Assembly: GCA_964016885.1 (NCBI GenBank)
Contig: OZ024741.1
Span: 34,038,001-34,102,000 of the forward strand
DNA: 64,000 bases
Direction of reading: 5' to 3'
DNA from: Eledone cirrhosa
Lineage: Eukaryota
Below, piece by piece: positions 1 to 12,796 of the stretch; within the stretch, counting starts at the first letter, position 1; every line of letters begins with the position of its first letter. Both the position numbers and the translations under genes were made by a program. The notes beneath the pieces were generated by a model. That model ran no database searches, had not been told where the DNA came from, and saw only the letters and a program-made list of their open reading frames with translations.

Positions 1-214
1 TCATAGGAGCAAAGGCCATTGTAGTAGTGATTGAAAAGGCAAGAAAAACTGTACAGCTCTCATGATTTAGGAAACATTTTTTCATGTTCAGAGTTGCTGA
101 AGCATGGAACAAACTACCTCCATCAGTTGTTAGCTGTCGGGACACTGCATCCTTCAAAACTTCCATGCTTCCCAAATTTCTCCAACACTACACCTGATAT
201 TCCCCCTCCTTCCA

Positions 215-420
215 GCCCACACTGTAAAGTAGTCATGTAGGTGTCATGACAAAAAGCACCCAGCACTCACTGTAAATGAGGTTGACACTAGGAAGGGCAT
301 CCAACTGTAGAAACCAAGCCAAAATCGGTTCTGTAAGAGCAAGACATGGTCACCAGACCTAGCATTGCTCACTCCAGGATAACTTGTCTAACCCATGCCA
401 GCACTGATGATGATGAGGAT
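215..420 (+). mobile_element. Short non-autonomous RTE-tailed retroposon (SINE-like), decayed
   Basis: Contains the window-wide repeat GCACCCAGCACTCACTGTAAATGAGGTTG..AGGAAGGGCATCCA and ends in GTCTAACCCATGC..(GAT)n; homologous to 1750-1945, 26006-26270, 46690-46918 and 56260-56565. Confidence 0.75.
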
Positions 421-454
421 ACACATGTATCTGTGTGTGTGTGTGTTTGTGTGT

Positions 455-565
455 ATATCATATCATGACTCATACACTGTTCACTTTCCTGGCATTTGTA
501 CATTATTCTATGTACTATACATGCACATTTGATGAGTTGTAGTGCACCTGAGCACTGTACACATT
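455..565 (+). mobile_element. 3' end of a LINE-like repeat (CR1/L2-type tail)
   Basis: GTACATTATTCTATGTACTATACATGCAC..TGATGAGTTGTAGTGCACCTGAGCACTGTACACA is repeated in reverse at 17580-17650, where it abuts an (AAT)n tail. Confidence 0.55.
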
Positions 566-680
566 AAATCCCGCCGAGGTTAAGTTTGCCTTTCATCCTT
601 ACGGGGTCGATAAAATAAAGTACCAGTAATGTACTGGATAATTGCTGGCCTTGTGCCAAAAGTAGAAACAATTATTATTA
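566..680 (+). mobile_element. tRNA-derived SINE with Meta/MESC-like core, 5'-truncated
   Basis: Core TTTGCCTTTCATCCTTACGGGGTCGATAAAATAAAGTACCAG and an (ATT)n tail; more than 10 copies in the window. Confidence 0.7.
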
Positions 681-867
681 AAAGGAAAGATGTTTGTGTG
701 CCAGAAGGTAGTGTGTTAAGTGATTTCATGCCAATCATTTTCTGGGATCCAGAAACCTTTGGTAATGGAGTAGTTATATTTTGTGTTGTTCACTTTCTAA
801 TTAAATAGCTCTGTTCTGTATATAGAGCACTCTTTTTCCCTTTGCTTTTTCTTTGGGATTACCTAAA

Positions 868-916
<49 letters not shown>

Positions 917-920
<4 letters not shown>

Positions 921-1945
921 AGAGATGTAGCGGGATCTCAGGAAGCTTAATTAAGAATGTAGGATTCACATGCAGCAGCTGTGCTGAAACAGCAAGCAAA
1001 CAGCCACAGGAAACAAGTACCACCAATCTCTGGGAGGGCCCTGTAGAAACAGTAGACAGCTTCTGCTACCTAGGTGACCGAATTAGCAACGGAGGTGGGT
1101 GCTCAGAAAGTACAATAACTAGGGTAAGAACGGGATGGAAGAAGTTTAGGGAACTACTACCACTGCTAGCTGCAAAAGGCTTCTCCCTCAGAATGAAAGG
1201 CAGACTGTATGATGCGTGTATCCGAACAGCGATGTTGCATGGTAGTGAGACCTGGGCGCTGAAGGTGGAAGACTTACGTAGATTAGAGAGAAACGAAGCC
1301 TGCATGCTCCGATGGATGTGTAACAGTAATATACGTGAACGACAAAGCATAAAGGAATTGAGAGAGAGACTGAGCATAAGAGGAATCAAATGCTGCGTGC
1401 AGGAGAGGCGGTTACGCTGGTATGGACATGTGATGCGTATGAAGGATGACAGCTGCATAAAAAGGTGCAGAGCACTAGAAGTTGATGGAAACCACGGAGT
1501 GGGGAGACCCAAGATGACTTGGGATGAGGTGATAAAAGCCGACCTTACCCAACTACACCTCTCAAAGACAATGACACACGACCGTGACTTCTGGCGTCAC
1601 GCAGTAATACAGGGTACCCGACCTCCCATGGGTACATGCTGAAGCATATAAACAATATGCCCCCACTCCCCCCACCGCAAGGTGGTCGTGGAGGTGCCAC
1701 GGCAAAAAAGCACCCAGCCCACACTGTAAAGTGGACGTGTAGGCGCCACGAAAAAGCACCCAGCACTCACTGTAAATGAGGTTGGTGTTAGGAAGGGCAT
1801 CCAGCTGTAGAAATCAAGCCAGATCAGTTCCTGTATGAGCAAGGCATGGTCAGCCAACCAGACACTGCCCACAACAGGACAACCCGTCTAACCCATGCTA
1901 GCGTGGAAGAACGGACGTAAAACGGTGATGATGATGATGATGATA
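917..1945 (+). mobile_element. 5'-truncated RTE-clade LINE (RT C-terminus, ORF stop at 1642) with about 300-bp 3' UTR and (GAT)n tail, inserted in (TA)n
   Basis: Translation VDSFCYLGD...[12 protein letters not shown]...LHGSETW...MLRWM...[10 protein letters not shown]...GRPKMTW is the typical RTE ORF end; frame is open from 917 to 1642. Confidence 0.93.
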
Positions 1946-1952
1946 TATATAA

Positions 1953-2292
1953 GATGGAGGCACATGGCTTAGTGGTTAGAGCATTGGCCTTGCAATCGAA
2001 AGGTTGTGAGTTCAATTCTCAGACCGGGTGATGTGTTGTTTCCTTGAGCAAGACACTTTATTTCACATTGCTCCAGTTTACTCAGCTGTAGAAATGAGAT
2101 GATAGGACTGGGGTCCCTATCATTCCACTGCAAAGTGGTCGTGGAGGTGCCACGGCAAAAAAGCACCCAGCACTCACTGTAAATGAGGTTGGTGTTAGGA
2201 AGGGCATCCAGCTGTAGAAATCAAGCCAGAATCAGTTCCCATCCCACTCTTGCAAGCAGGGAAAAGTGGACGTAAAAATGAAATGATGATGA
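1953..2292 (+). mobile_element. tRNA-head SINE with CORE-like body and RTE-derived tail
   Basis: A-box-like TGGCTTAGTGGTTAGAGC, B-box-like GAGTTCAATTC, body CCTTGAGCAAGACACTTTA, tail CTTGCAAGCAGGGAAAAGTGGACGTAAAA(ATG)n; a 5'-truncated sister copy lies at 36278-36540. Confidence 0.8.
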
Positions 2293-2970
2293 TATATATA
2301 TATGTGGAAGCTTAGTAAAATCGAAGCTTTGGCTGTTGTCAAGCAAAGTCGACCTACAATATGAATGAGTTAGCAAAGCACTCAATAAGGGTAGAGTAAT
2401 AACATACGTTTAAATAGCTTGACAAATTGAACATTGTGGTAGGCAAAACCTAACCACACAATACCAAAGTAACGAATATATATATATATAATGGATAGAA
2501 CATGATGAAGAAATTGAATATATTTTATTGGTCTTGCGCATGTTTCAACAGGAAAAATATGAAGAAAGTAAATATTGAAAGACTTGCTCAAGCTCCATTA
2601 TTAATATATAAAGATATTACAATCTGAGCAGTGACTCAAGGAATCTGCCACTAACTGTTAATTTTACTGAATCCTGTATCCTAAAACTTTATGAAATATA
2701 CCAAAATATATGTGTATGTGTGTATAAATGTGTATATGTATGTGTATATATGTATGTGTGTGTATATGTACATGTTTGTGTGTGTGTGAATGTATGAATG
2801 TTTGTATGTATGTGTGTATATATGTGTATATATGTATGTGTATGCATGTGTGTGTGTGTAAATGTATGTATATGTGTATGTTTGAGTAATGGATAAACTA
2901 AGATAGACTATAATAGCTTGATAATTCATATAAAACTACCTTGGAACAGTTGTAATCTGGCTTTTAAACC

Positions 2971-4288
2971 ACACCACTGTCACACACCTCACTGTCATAC
3001 ACCTCACTGTCATCTCCCACTGTCATACACACACACCACTGTCACACACCTCACTGTCATACACACACACCACTGTCACACACCTCACTGTCATCTCCCA
3101 CTGTCATACACACACACCACTGTCACACACCTCACTGTCATACACACACACCACTGTCACACACCTCACTGTCATCTCCCACTGTCATACACACACACCA
3201 CTGTCACACACCTCACTGTCATACTCACACACCTCACTGTCATACACACACACCACTGTCACACACCTCACTGTCATCTCCCACTGTCATACACACACAC
3301 CACTGTCACACACCTCACTGTCACACACACACCATTGTCACACACCTCACTGTCATCTCCCACTGTCATACACATACACCACTGTCACACACCTCACTGT
3401 CATCTCCCACTGTCATACACACACACCACTGTCACACACCTCACTGTCATCTCCCACTGTCTCACACACACCACTGTCACACACCTCACTGTCATACACA
3501 CATACCATTGTCACACACCTCACTGTCATCTCCCACTGTCATATACACACACCACTGTCACACACCTCACTGTCATCTCCCACTGTCATATACACACACC
3601 ACTGTCACACACCTCACTGTCATCTCCCACTGTCACACACACACCACTGTCACACACCTCACTGTCATCTACCACTGTCATACACACACACCACTGTCAC
3701 ACACCTCACTGTCATCTCCCACTGTCACACACACACCACTGTCACACACACACCACTGTCACACTCCTCACTGTCATCTCCCACTGTCATATACACACCA
3801 CTGTCACACACCTTACTGTCATACACACAAACCACTGTCACACTCCTCACTGTCATCTCCCACTGTCATATACACACCACTGTCACACACCTTACTGTCA
3901 TACACACAAACCACTGTCACACACCTCACTGTCATCTACCACTGTCATACACACACACCATTGTCACACACCTCACTGTCATCTCCCACTGTCATACTCA
4001 CACACCACTGTCACACACCTCACTGTCATACACACACACCACTGTCACACACCTCACTGTCATCTCCCACTGTCATACACACACACCACTGTCACACACC
4101 TCACTGTCATCTCCCACTGTCATACACACACACCACTGTCACACACCTCACTGTCATCTCCCACTGTCACACACACACACCACTGTCACACACCTCACTG
4201 TCATCTCCCACTGTCACACACACACACCACTGTCACACACCTCACTGTCATCTCCCACTGTCACACACACACCACTGTCACACACCTC
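2971..4288. repeat. Compound minisatellite of CACTGTCA-based 13-17 bp units
   Basis: Tandem CACTGTCACACACCT / CACTGTCATCTCC / CACTGTCATACACACACAC units. Confidence 0.95.
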
Positions 4289-4309
4289 TTCAATCCACTC
4301 TTCTCAGCC

Positions 4310-4590
4310 ATACCACCACTAACATCATCATCGCCACCACCACCATCACCATCATCATCATCACCACCATTATCATTATCTCCATCACCATTTCCATCAT
4401 CATCACCATCATCATCACCATCATCATCGTCACCATCACCATCATCACCATCTCCATCATCATCACCATCATCATCACTATCACCATCACCATCACCACC
4501 ATCTCCATCATCATCACCATCATCATAACCATCATCAGCAGCAGTGGTAGCATCAGCAGTAGCATGATCATCATCATCATCAGCAGCAGC
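4310..4590. repeat. (CAT/CAC)n trinucleotide repeat
   Basis: Directly visible. Confidence 0.95.
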
Positions 4591-5124
4591 ACATTGATGA
4601 GAGTTAGTTGCCTTGATGTGAAATGTCAACCACAGGAAAGGCACTCCCCCCCCCCTCTATTCCACCTTCAGCTACCACTGTTCCCAGTAGTAACAATGAA
4701 ATGTAGGTGTGTGTATATATATATATATATACATGCACGGATGTATATGTGTGTCCGTCTATGTAAGTGTGTGTCTATCCTGTTTGTCTATGTTCAAACC
4801 TTCCATGTTGAATATATAAAAAGTTCACCATTTAAACAGACTATTCAAAGTCTCTATTGCAGCCATTAACCAGTTTCCAATGATGTTTTTTGTTCTCAGA
4901 TTCTGGTGAAGGAATATGGCCTAATGGTTAGGATATTGATCTCATAATTGTAGGGGTGTTGGTTTGATCTCCAGACCAAACAGTGTAGCCTTGAGCAAGA
5001 TACTTCAGTCTATTTATACCAGTGGTTCTCAAAGTGGGCACTGCTCCTCCCCTGGGGAACGTTGAGAAGGTCCAGGAGGGCACTGGGGCCTAAGGGGGTG
5101 GTGGAGGGGGTAGAAATGTTATAA

Positions 5125-5320
5125 TAATTGTTTCTACTTTTGGCACAAGGCCAGTAATTACCCCAGTGCATTACTGGTACTTTATTTCATCGACCCCATA
5201 AGGATGAAAGGTAAAGTTAACCACAGCAGGATTTGAACTCAGACTGTAAAAGGGCTTAACTCTATGCTACAAAGCATAGCGTCTGACCCTCTACCGATAC
5301 TGCCAATCCATCGCCCTTGC
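5125..5320 (-). mobile_element. Meta/MESC-like tRNA SINE
   Basis: Reverse complement of the 566-680 core plus the head GGATTTGAACTCAGA. Confidence 0.75.
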
Positions 5321-5975
5321 CAATCCATGTTATAATAATATACATATTATATATAAAAATATATATTTATTTATATATAGTATATATTATACTATTTATT
5401 ATATATAAATTAACGATTTTATTTATTATGTATCATATAAAATTTACATGTAGGTAGGTCTCCCTGGAGATAGGATTGGGGGTGCTGAGGGTATTATGTG
5501 GCCATGAGGTGGGTGGGAGTTTGACAACCTCTGAATGAAATGAGTACCAGCAGTACGAGAAGGTAAACCCTGCAATGAACTGGTGACATGACCTGGAGAG
5601 GAGTCTTGTTCTTTTAGTCACTAAATGCCAAGAAAACTAGGATTAGCTCTGGCCTAATGAGTCTCAGTAATTGGACAGATTTTAAATTCTTTATGTAAAT
5701 TCTGCTGCTTATCCTAGTTTCTCAAGTTTACACTATCCCCAACTGATGTTTCATATGCAGAATGCATATAAGCTATAGCTATACATATGTATATATGCAT
5801 ATGTATATGTATATATGTAATATATGTATGTATATATATATTTGTATATGTATATATATAAGTATATATATATATATATGTATTTATAGATATGTATATA
5901 TAGATACAATGAAATTATTGTGTACAGTGCGGAGATATGTATATGTATGTATATAGATATGTATATATATATATA

Positions 5976-6345
5976 TCATCATCATCGTTTAACGTCTATC
6001 TTCCACGCTAGCATGGGTTTAGACGGGAATTGTCCCACTAGAGGCAAGATTGGTCGTCTTGCTTGTATAGGACTGTCTGGCAGGTTATCTACGGCTGGAT
6101 GCCCTTCCTAACACCAACCACGTTTACAGTGTGGACTGGGAGGTTTTTACTGTGTTACCTACATGGCCACATTACAGCGTGGACTGTGTGTTTTTTTGTC
6201 GTAACACCTACACAACCTCATTTATTTAGGACTGGATGTTGTGGTACCAACATAGCTTTACATCGAAAGGGGTGGTGTTGATGGGATGGGGTGGGAGAAT
6301 TGGGGTAGTGGGAGGGGGTGTATATTTGATTAAGAGGTGCCTATA
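5976..6345 (-). mobile_element. 5'-truncated 3' UTR of the RTE subfamily at 26731-27562
   Basis: (CAT)n tail; aligns by eye with 28356-28840 and 44785-45135. Confidence 0.75.
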
Positions 6346-6549
6346 GATATGTATATAGATATGTATATATATATATATATATATAGATAGATAAATATAC
6401 ACGGGTGTGTATGATTGTGTATAGAAGATTATATTAATAAGAGGAATTCCAACTTTGTCTGATTTACTCGTTTTATTTACAATCCTTTAAAATTTATAAT
6501 GGTATTATAATGAAATAGTATGATATAATATTAAATTCTAAGTGTTAAT

Positions 6550-6588
6550 TGAACAAGTACTTTCATGCTTTCGCAATCTTCAGGTTCA
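6550..6588 (-). ncRNA. Minimal type I hammerhead ribozyme (mirror copy)
   Basis: Exact reverse complement of 6661-6699. Confidence 0.72.
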
Positions 6589-6660
6589 TAATATGTGGTG
6601 ACAGTCAAGTTTGCAATTTTCAAATGTAAAAATTGCAAACTTGACTGTCACCACATACTA

Positions 6661-6699
6661 TGAACCTGAAGATTGCGAAAGCATGAAAGTACTTGTTCA
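6661..6699 (+). ncRNA. Minimal type I hammerhead ribozyme (predicted)
   Basis: Stem I TGAAC/GTTCA; core CTGAAGA; stem II T-TGC-GAAA-GCA-T; GAAA; palindromic stem III AGTACT; predicted cleavage after CUU at 6694. Confidence 0.72.
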
Positions 6700-6814
6700 A
6701 TTAACACTTAGAATTTAATATTATATCATACTATTTCATTATAATACCATTATAAATTTTAAAGGATTGTAAATAAAACGAGTAAATCAGACAAAGTTGG
6801 AATTCCTCTTATTA

Positions 6815-6849
<35 letters not shown>

Positions 6850-7001
6850 TATATGTGCGTGCGTGTGTGCGTATAGATATGTATATATATATATATGTGT
6901 GTATAGATATGTACATATATATATATATATATGTATGTATATAGATATGTATATATATATATGTATGAATATAGATATGTATATACACATATCTATATTC
7001 T

Positions 7002-7192
7002 CAGTGCTCCTTTGGGAGCCCCTACATGGACACACTAGAAGAGGAAGACCAAGGTTAACATATGTTGATGCCCTAAGGACAGACACTGGTCTGTTGGAGA
7101 TGCAGGATATGGCAGCGATAATGAGGGACAGAGACCGCTGGAGAGAACTCGTCCATGGATCTCGGGAATTTTACCCGCCTTAGATAGATAGA
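7002..7192 (+). mobile_element. Short 3' fragment of a second RTE-group LINE with (TAGA)n tail
   Basis: [29 protein letters not shown]...[11 protein letters not shown] is a typical RTE ORF C-terminus. Confidence 0.8.
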
Positions 7193-7552
7193 TATACACA
7201 TATGTATGTGTGTGTATATAGATATGTATGTGTATATATATGTGTGTGTGTATATGTAAATATATATCATATATATCATATATATATATAATGATAACCA
7301 TCATCCCATTTCAAATAAACAACTCAACTTAACAATGGTTTATCAGTTCACATCTTCTCTAAAGACATTATAATATTGTGCTCCGGGTTGCATGACTGAA
7401 CATGAAAATAAATAACAAACAACTCTCTGGCACCACTGTCCTTTCATGGTTGAGTGGTTAAGGGTAGGTAAGGAACATCCATTGAACTGTAAAACTGATT
7501 AACATACTCACCTATGTAAGTATAGATGTATGTGTATATATGTATGTGTGCA

Positions 7553-7586
<34 letters not shown>

Positions 7587-7720
7587 CACATACATACATA
7601 CATGTATGTATGTACATACATACATATATATATACACATATATACATACACATATATATACATACATACATACACACATATATACACACATATATATATA
7701 TATATATGCATATTATTTAT

Positions 7721-7796
<76 letters not shown>

Positions 7797-8329
7797 ACTG
7801 GTTTCCTGGCTTCAGTCATTGGGCTATAGCAATACAAGTATGTGTGTTTCCTCACAAATGTGTGTAAATAAGGAACCTCTTTTCTTTCAAATATGTTATA
7901 TTAAAGCTCCAATATATTCAAGCTTAATCTTTTTTATTAAAGAAATTTTCATAATTCTTAATTAGTCCTTTGTTTAGTTAGCGTTTCTAATTCCAGTAAT
8001 CCAGTACCATTTTGTGGTACCTTCATGGCTTGGTCATCAGAATAAAATGATTGTAGTGTTGGTGTGTTGTTCACACCCTTTTCAAAGGATCATAGGAAGG
8101 TGGGAAACATTTTCAATACTGGATTCATCATCATCACCGTTTTTACGTCCGCTTTTCCATGCTTTAATGGGTTGGATGGGTCCTTCTCAGTACAGCATCT
8201 CTCAATACATTGCGATCCTTTTGTCATCGCTTCTGTGAATCTCAGTGACTGTCTTCATTATATTGTCATGCATTGTAGGCCATTTTTATTCCTGCTTTTG
8301 TATAAGGAGACACATGAGGGCACGGGACT

Positions 8330-8655
8330 TAGGGGTTAGAGCACTGGGGTTAGAGCACTGAGGTTGTGAGTTTGATTTCTGGACCAGGCAGTCCGTTGTG
8401 TCTTGAGCAAAACACTTTATTTCATGTTGCTCTAGTTCACTCAGCTGGAAAAAATGAGTTGTAATGTCACTTGTGCCAAGCTGTATCAGTCTTTACCTTT
8501 CCCTTGGATAATATCAGTGGCATGGAGGGGGAAGAGTGACATACATGAGTGACTGCTGGTCCTTCACAGAAACACTTTGCCTGGGATTTGGCCTTGGAGT
8601 GTGGGGGGAAATTTCTAGGCACAAACCCATGGTTATTCATGACCGAAGAGGGCCT
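8330..8655 (+). mobile_element. tRNA-head CORE-like SINE
   Basis: GGTTAGAGCACTG..GGTTGTGAGTTTGATT..TCTTGAGCAAAACACTTTATTTCATGTTGCTC; homologous to 14720-15052, 35590-35880 and 46225-46480. Confidence 0.7.
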
Positions 8656-9093
8656 ACGATATACAGACACTAGACCAACCAGCTGTAACCCCTCCAACCA
8701 TACAGTAGCTACTTTGTTTTAGTATTTGCTGAAGGTTTGTTTTTTGCTCTCAATTTTGGTCTTTCTCTCATATGCCCTTTTCTATATCCATGATGAAGTA
8801 TCTTCTGCTTCCCTCTTCAGTTTGGGAACCAACTGCTCTCTTATCATTTCTAAGTCCAATGCCAACAAGGTAGGACATTGAAAATCTAGCTACATCATCC
8901 AACCTACAACATCCACCCTCTATTAAAAGCAACATATCCTGTAATTTCTTTTCCTTCTACTCCTGTATAGGAATCCATCTGATGGTTCCCACAGAACAAG
9001 ATCACTTGATATCTCCTCATGGTGACAAGCAGTGACTTGCAACTTTTGTTCTCCTCCCTTGTTCATTATGCTGGAATACACACACACACACAC

Positions 9094-9151
<58 letters not shown>

Positions 9152-9164
9152 GAAAATGAAATTT

Positions 9165-9360
9165 ACAGTTCACACCTATATAGGTTTAGCTGGTCTCCTA
9201 TAAGATCGCATCTCATGGGAAGTTTCTCAGGAGTTTTAACGATAGGGGTCCCAGACATATATTGTTACAACTCACACCTTTGTAGGTTTAACTGGCCTCC
9301 TATAAGATTGCAACTCATAGGAGGTTTCTCAGGAGTTTTAATGACAGAGGCTCCAGTTCT
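9165..9360. repeat. Diverged tandem duplication of about 100 bp
   Basis: TCACACCT..TAGGTTTA.CTGG..TCCTATAAGAT.GCA.CTCAT.GGA.GTTTCTCAGGAGTTTTAA occurs twice. Confidence 0.75.
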
Positions 9361-9402
9361 ATCATGAAAAACTATATGAAATGAAGCATTCTGCTCAAGA
9401 AC

Positions 9403-10270
9403 ACAACATAATACCTGATACAGGACTCAAAGCCACAACATAATACCTGATACAGGACTCAAACCCACAACATAATACCTGATACAGGACTCAAACCCAC
9501 AACATAATACCTGATACAGGATTCAAACCCACAACATAATACCTGATACAGGACTCAAACCCACAACATAATACCTGATACAGGACTCAAACCCACAACA
9601 TAATACCTGATACAGGACTCAAACCCACAACATAATACCCGATACAGGATTCAAACCCACAACATAATACCCGATACAGGACTCAAACCCACAACATAAT
9701 ACCCGATACAGGACTCAAAGCCACAACATAATACCTGATACAGGACTCAAACCCACAACATAATACCCGATACAGGATTCAAACCCACAACATAATACCT
9801 GATACAGGACTCAAACCCACAACATAATACCCGATACAGGATTCAAACCCACAACATAATACCTGATACAGGACTCAAACCCACAACATAATACCCGGTA
9901 CAGGACTCAAACCCACAACATAGTACCTGATACAGGACTCAAACCCACAACATAATACCCGATACAGGATTCAAACCCACAACATAATACCTGATACAGG
10001 ACTCAAACCCACAACATAATACCCGATACAGGACTCAAACCCACAACATAATACCCGATACAGGACTCAAACCCACAACATAATACCCGATACAGGACTC
10101 AAACCCACAACATAGTACCTGATACAGGACTCAAACCCACAACATAATACCCGATACAGGACTCAAAGACACAAGATAATACCCGATACAGGACTCAAAG
10201 CCATAACATAATACCCGATACAGGACTCAAAGCCATAACATAATACCTGATACAGGACTCAAAGCCACAA
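9403..10270. repeat. 32-bp minisatellite (about 27 copies) inside a minus-strand tRNA SINE
   Basis: Unit ACAACATAATACCTGATACAGGACTCAAACCC; flanks 9375-9402 and 10271-10305 are SINE body and head. Confidence 0.92.
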
Positions 10271-10539
10271 TCTTATGAGGGTGAGTCCAGTACCCTAACC
10301 AGTTCAATGAAGATGAGCAGTATACACTATGCTTTGTTAAACCAGGAAGAAATATCCAACCATAAAAAATTGACTAAAAAAGTCTCATTCAAACCATGTG
10401 AGCATGGAAAATCAGACATAAACATGATGGTGATGGTGATGATGATGGCGATGATGATGGTGGTGGTGGTGGTGATAATGATGATGATAATAGTAGATTG
10501 TATTAACAATTCTAGTTGTAGAATGACAGATTTTTGGTA

Positions 10540-10780
10540 AATATTGGTTTCTAACATTGGCATAAGGACTCCATTTTTGTGGTGGTGCTGTGAGTATGTG
10601 AGGGTGGGATAGTTGTTTGGATCAAATTCAGTATTTAAATGGGTCTTTATTTTATCGACCTCTTCAATGATGAAAGGCAAAGTTGACCTCGACAGGATTT
10701 GAATTCAGAACATCAAGAGTCATAACTAAATACCACCAGATAATTTGTCTGATGTTCTAAGGATCTCTACCCATCCAATG
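10540..10780 (-). mobile_element. Meta/MESC-like tRNA SINE
   Basis: TTTATTTTATCGACC..GATGAAAGGCAAAGTTGACCTCG..GGATTTGAATTCAGAAC. Confidence 0.65.
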
Positions 10781-10801
10781 TCCTAATTATCAACAGCATG
10801 A

Positions 10802-11726
10802 AGGACTTAACCCTTCATTACCATATTTTTACTACCCTAATTATTAATAGGACTTAACCTATCCATTGCCATATTACCACTGCTCTAATTATTTACAGGA
10901 CTTAACCCTTCATTACCATATTACCACTGCCCTAATTATGAACAGAACTTAACCCTTCATTACCATATTACCACTGCCCTAATTATTTACAGGACTTAAC
11001 CCTTCATTACCATATTACCACTGCCCTAATTATTAACAGGACTTAACCCTTCATTACCATATTACCACTGCCCTAATTATTAACAGGACTTAACCTATCC
11101 ATTGCCATATTACCACTTCCCTAATTATTAACAAGACTTAACCCTTCATTACCATATTACCACTGCCCTAATTATTAACAGGACTTAACCCTTCATTACC
11201 ATATTACCACTGCCCTAATTATTAACACGACTTAACCCTTCATTACCATATTACCACTTCCCTAATTATTGACAAGACTTAACCCATCATTACCTTATTA
11301 CCACTGCCCTAATTATTAACAGGACTTAACCCATCATTACCATATCACCACTGCCCTAATTATTAACAGGACTTAACGCTACATTACCATATTACCACTT
11401 CCCTAATTATTAACAAGACTTAACCCTTCATTACCATATTACCACTTCCCTAATTATTGACAAGACTTAACCCATCATTACCTTATTACCACTGCCCTAA
11501 TTATTAACAGGACTTAACCTATCCATTACCATATCACCACTGCCCTAATTATTAACAGGACTTAACCTATCCATTACCATATTACCACTGCCCTAATTAT
11601 TAACAGCACTTAACCTATCCATTACCATATTACCACTGCCCTAATTATTAACAGGACTTAACCTATCCGTTACCATATTACCACTGCCCTAATTATTAAC
11701 AGCACTTAACCCTTCATTACCATATT
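10802..11726. repeat. 47-bp minisatellite (about 19-20 copies)
   Basis: Unit AGGACTTAACCCTTCATTACCATATTACCACTGCCCTAATTATTAAC. Confidence 0.93.
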
Positions 11727-11819
11727 ATCTAATGAAATGCATTGCCTATTATTTTTAAATCATTTTGAAGATAATGAAGAATTTGGATTGGTTTAATAAT
11801 ATAACTAACTTTCTCGTTA

Positions 11820-12180
11820 TTAACCCTTTAGCATTTAAACCGGCCATTTCCGGCCAGAATTTTCTCACCTTTTTCTGTTCAAACTGGCTGTAACCAGCCA
11901 GTCATAGTTTATAGTGATGTTAACATATTATTCTCAAAATAAATGATATCAAAATCTCATAGATTCAACATTATATGAGGTAATTATGTGAAGTAAAGCC
12001 TTTACCGTGAAAATATAATAGTAAATATAGAGTAATGTAAATGTTTGGGGCATTATGTAAGAACAAAGTTTCTTACATAAAAATTATGATGGAAGATTTT
12101 AGATAAATATAAACACTTTGAAATAAACAAACTATTATAGAACCAGGGGTGGTTTCAGACAGGTTGAGATCAAAATGTGA
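11820..12180. mobile_element. Possible piggyBac-type non-autonomous element, decayed
   Basis: Begins TTAA|CCCTTTAGCATTTAAACCGGCC; the right end is only weakly recognisable. Confidence 0.3.
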
Positions 12181-12752
12181 ATTCTAGTACACTGTGTGTG
12201 TGTTTGTATTTGTATTTGTACTAATGTGTGTGTGTGTGTTTTATAAATAACTAATATGGTTTTATTAAAATACAATGCTATCCATTTCAACATGACTCCA
12301 TCAAGATCTTCTCTTTGCCACCAGTCAGAATATACACATACTTGATGAGCTGGGCCCAGGACCTTGTAAACTGTAAGGGTTGGGAGTATGTCATGAGGTG
12401 TGGGTGTGGTGCATATGGTGAGGTGGAGGGGAGTGTTGGAGGAATTATAAGGAAGTGAAACAGGAGAGAGAGAGAAAGTTTCTCTCTACTTGCTGTCTAT
12501 GAGAAGTTATCCAATGATAGAACAGCCTGAGTTTTTGGTTCAGTTGTTCAGCTGTATCCCCCCTCTCTCCCTGAATTTCTCCACCCCCCTCGTCTAACCT
12601 CAAACCCCACTAGACTGTGACTTACTCTATATATCTACATATACACACACATATATATATGTACATATATAACATGTACATATATAACGTGTACGCATGT
12701 GTGTGTGTGTGTGTGTATATATATGTATATATATAGAGAGAGATAGAGAGAA

Positions 12753-12796
<44 letters not shown>

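Larger units (their letters stand above)
6430..6819. mobile_element. Near-perfect fold-back palindrome (191-bp arms, 8-nt loop, one mismatch seen) carrying a hammerhead on each strand; PLE pLTR-like
   Basis: 6430-6620 is the reverse complement of 6629-6819; flanked by TA-rich microsatellite. Confidence 0.9.

Noticed and set aside
1963-2030. tRNA gene candidates at SINE heads
   Set aside because: A/B boxes are present but there is no full cloverleaf or acceptor stem, and the sequence continues directly into SINE bodies.
2918-4869. His/Thr/Cys-rich 450-536 aa ORFs
   Set aside because: They are minisatellite translations.
5019-5100. hAT-like TIR start CAGTGGTTCTCAAAGTG
   Set aside because: Only one end is visible, with no partner TIR or TSD, so it was not called as an element.
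9403-10270. CRISPR-like 32-bp periodic array (also 10802-11726 and 58541-60696)
   Set aside because: Units are contiguous with no unique spacers, there are no cas genes, and the context is eukaryotic; these are minisatellites.
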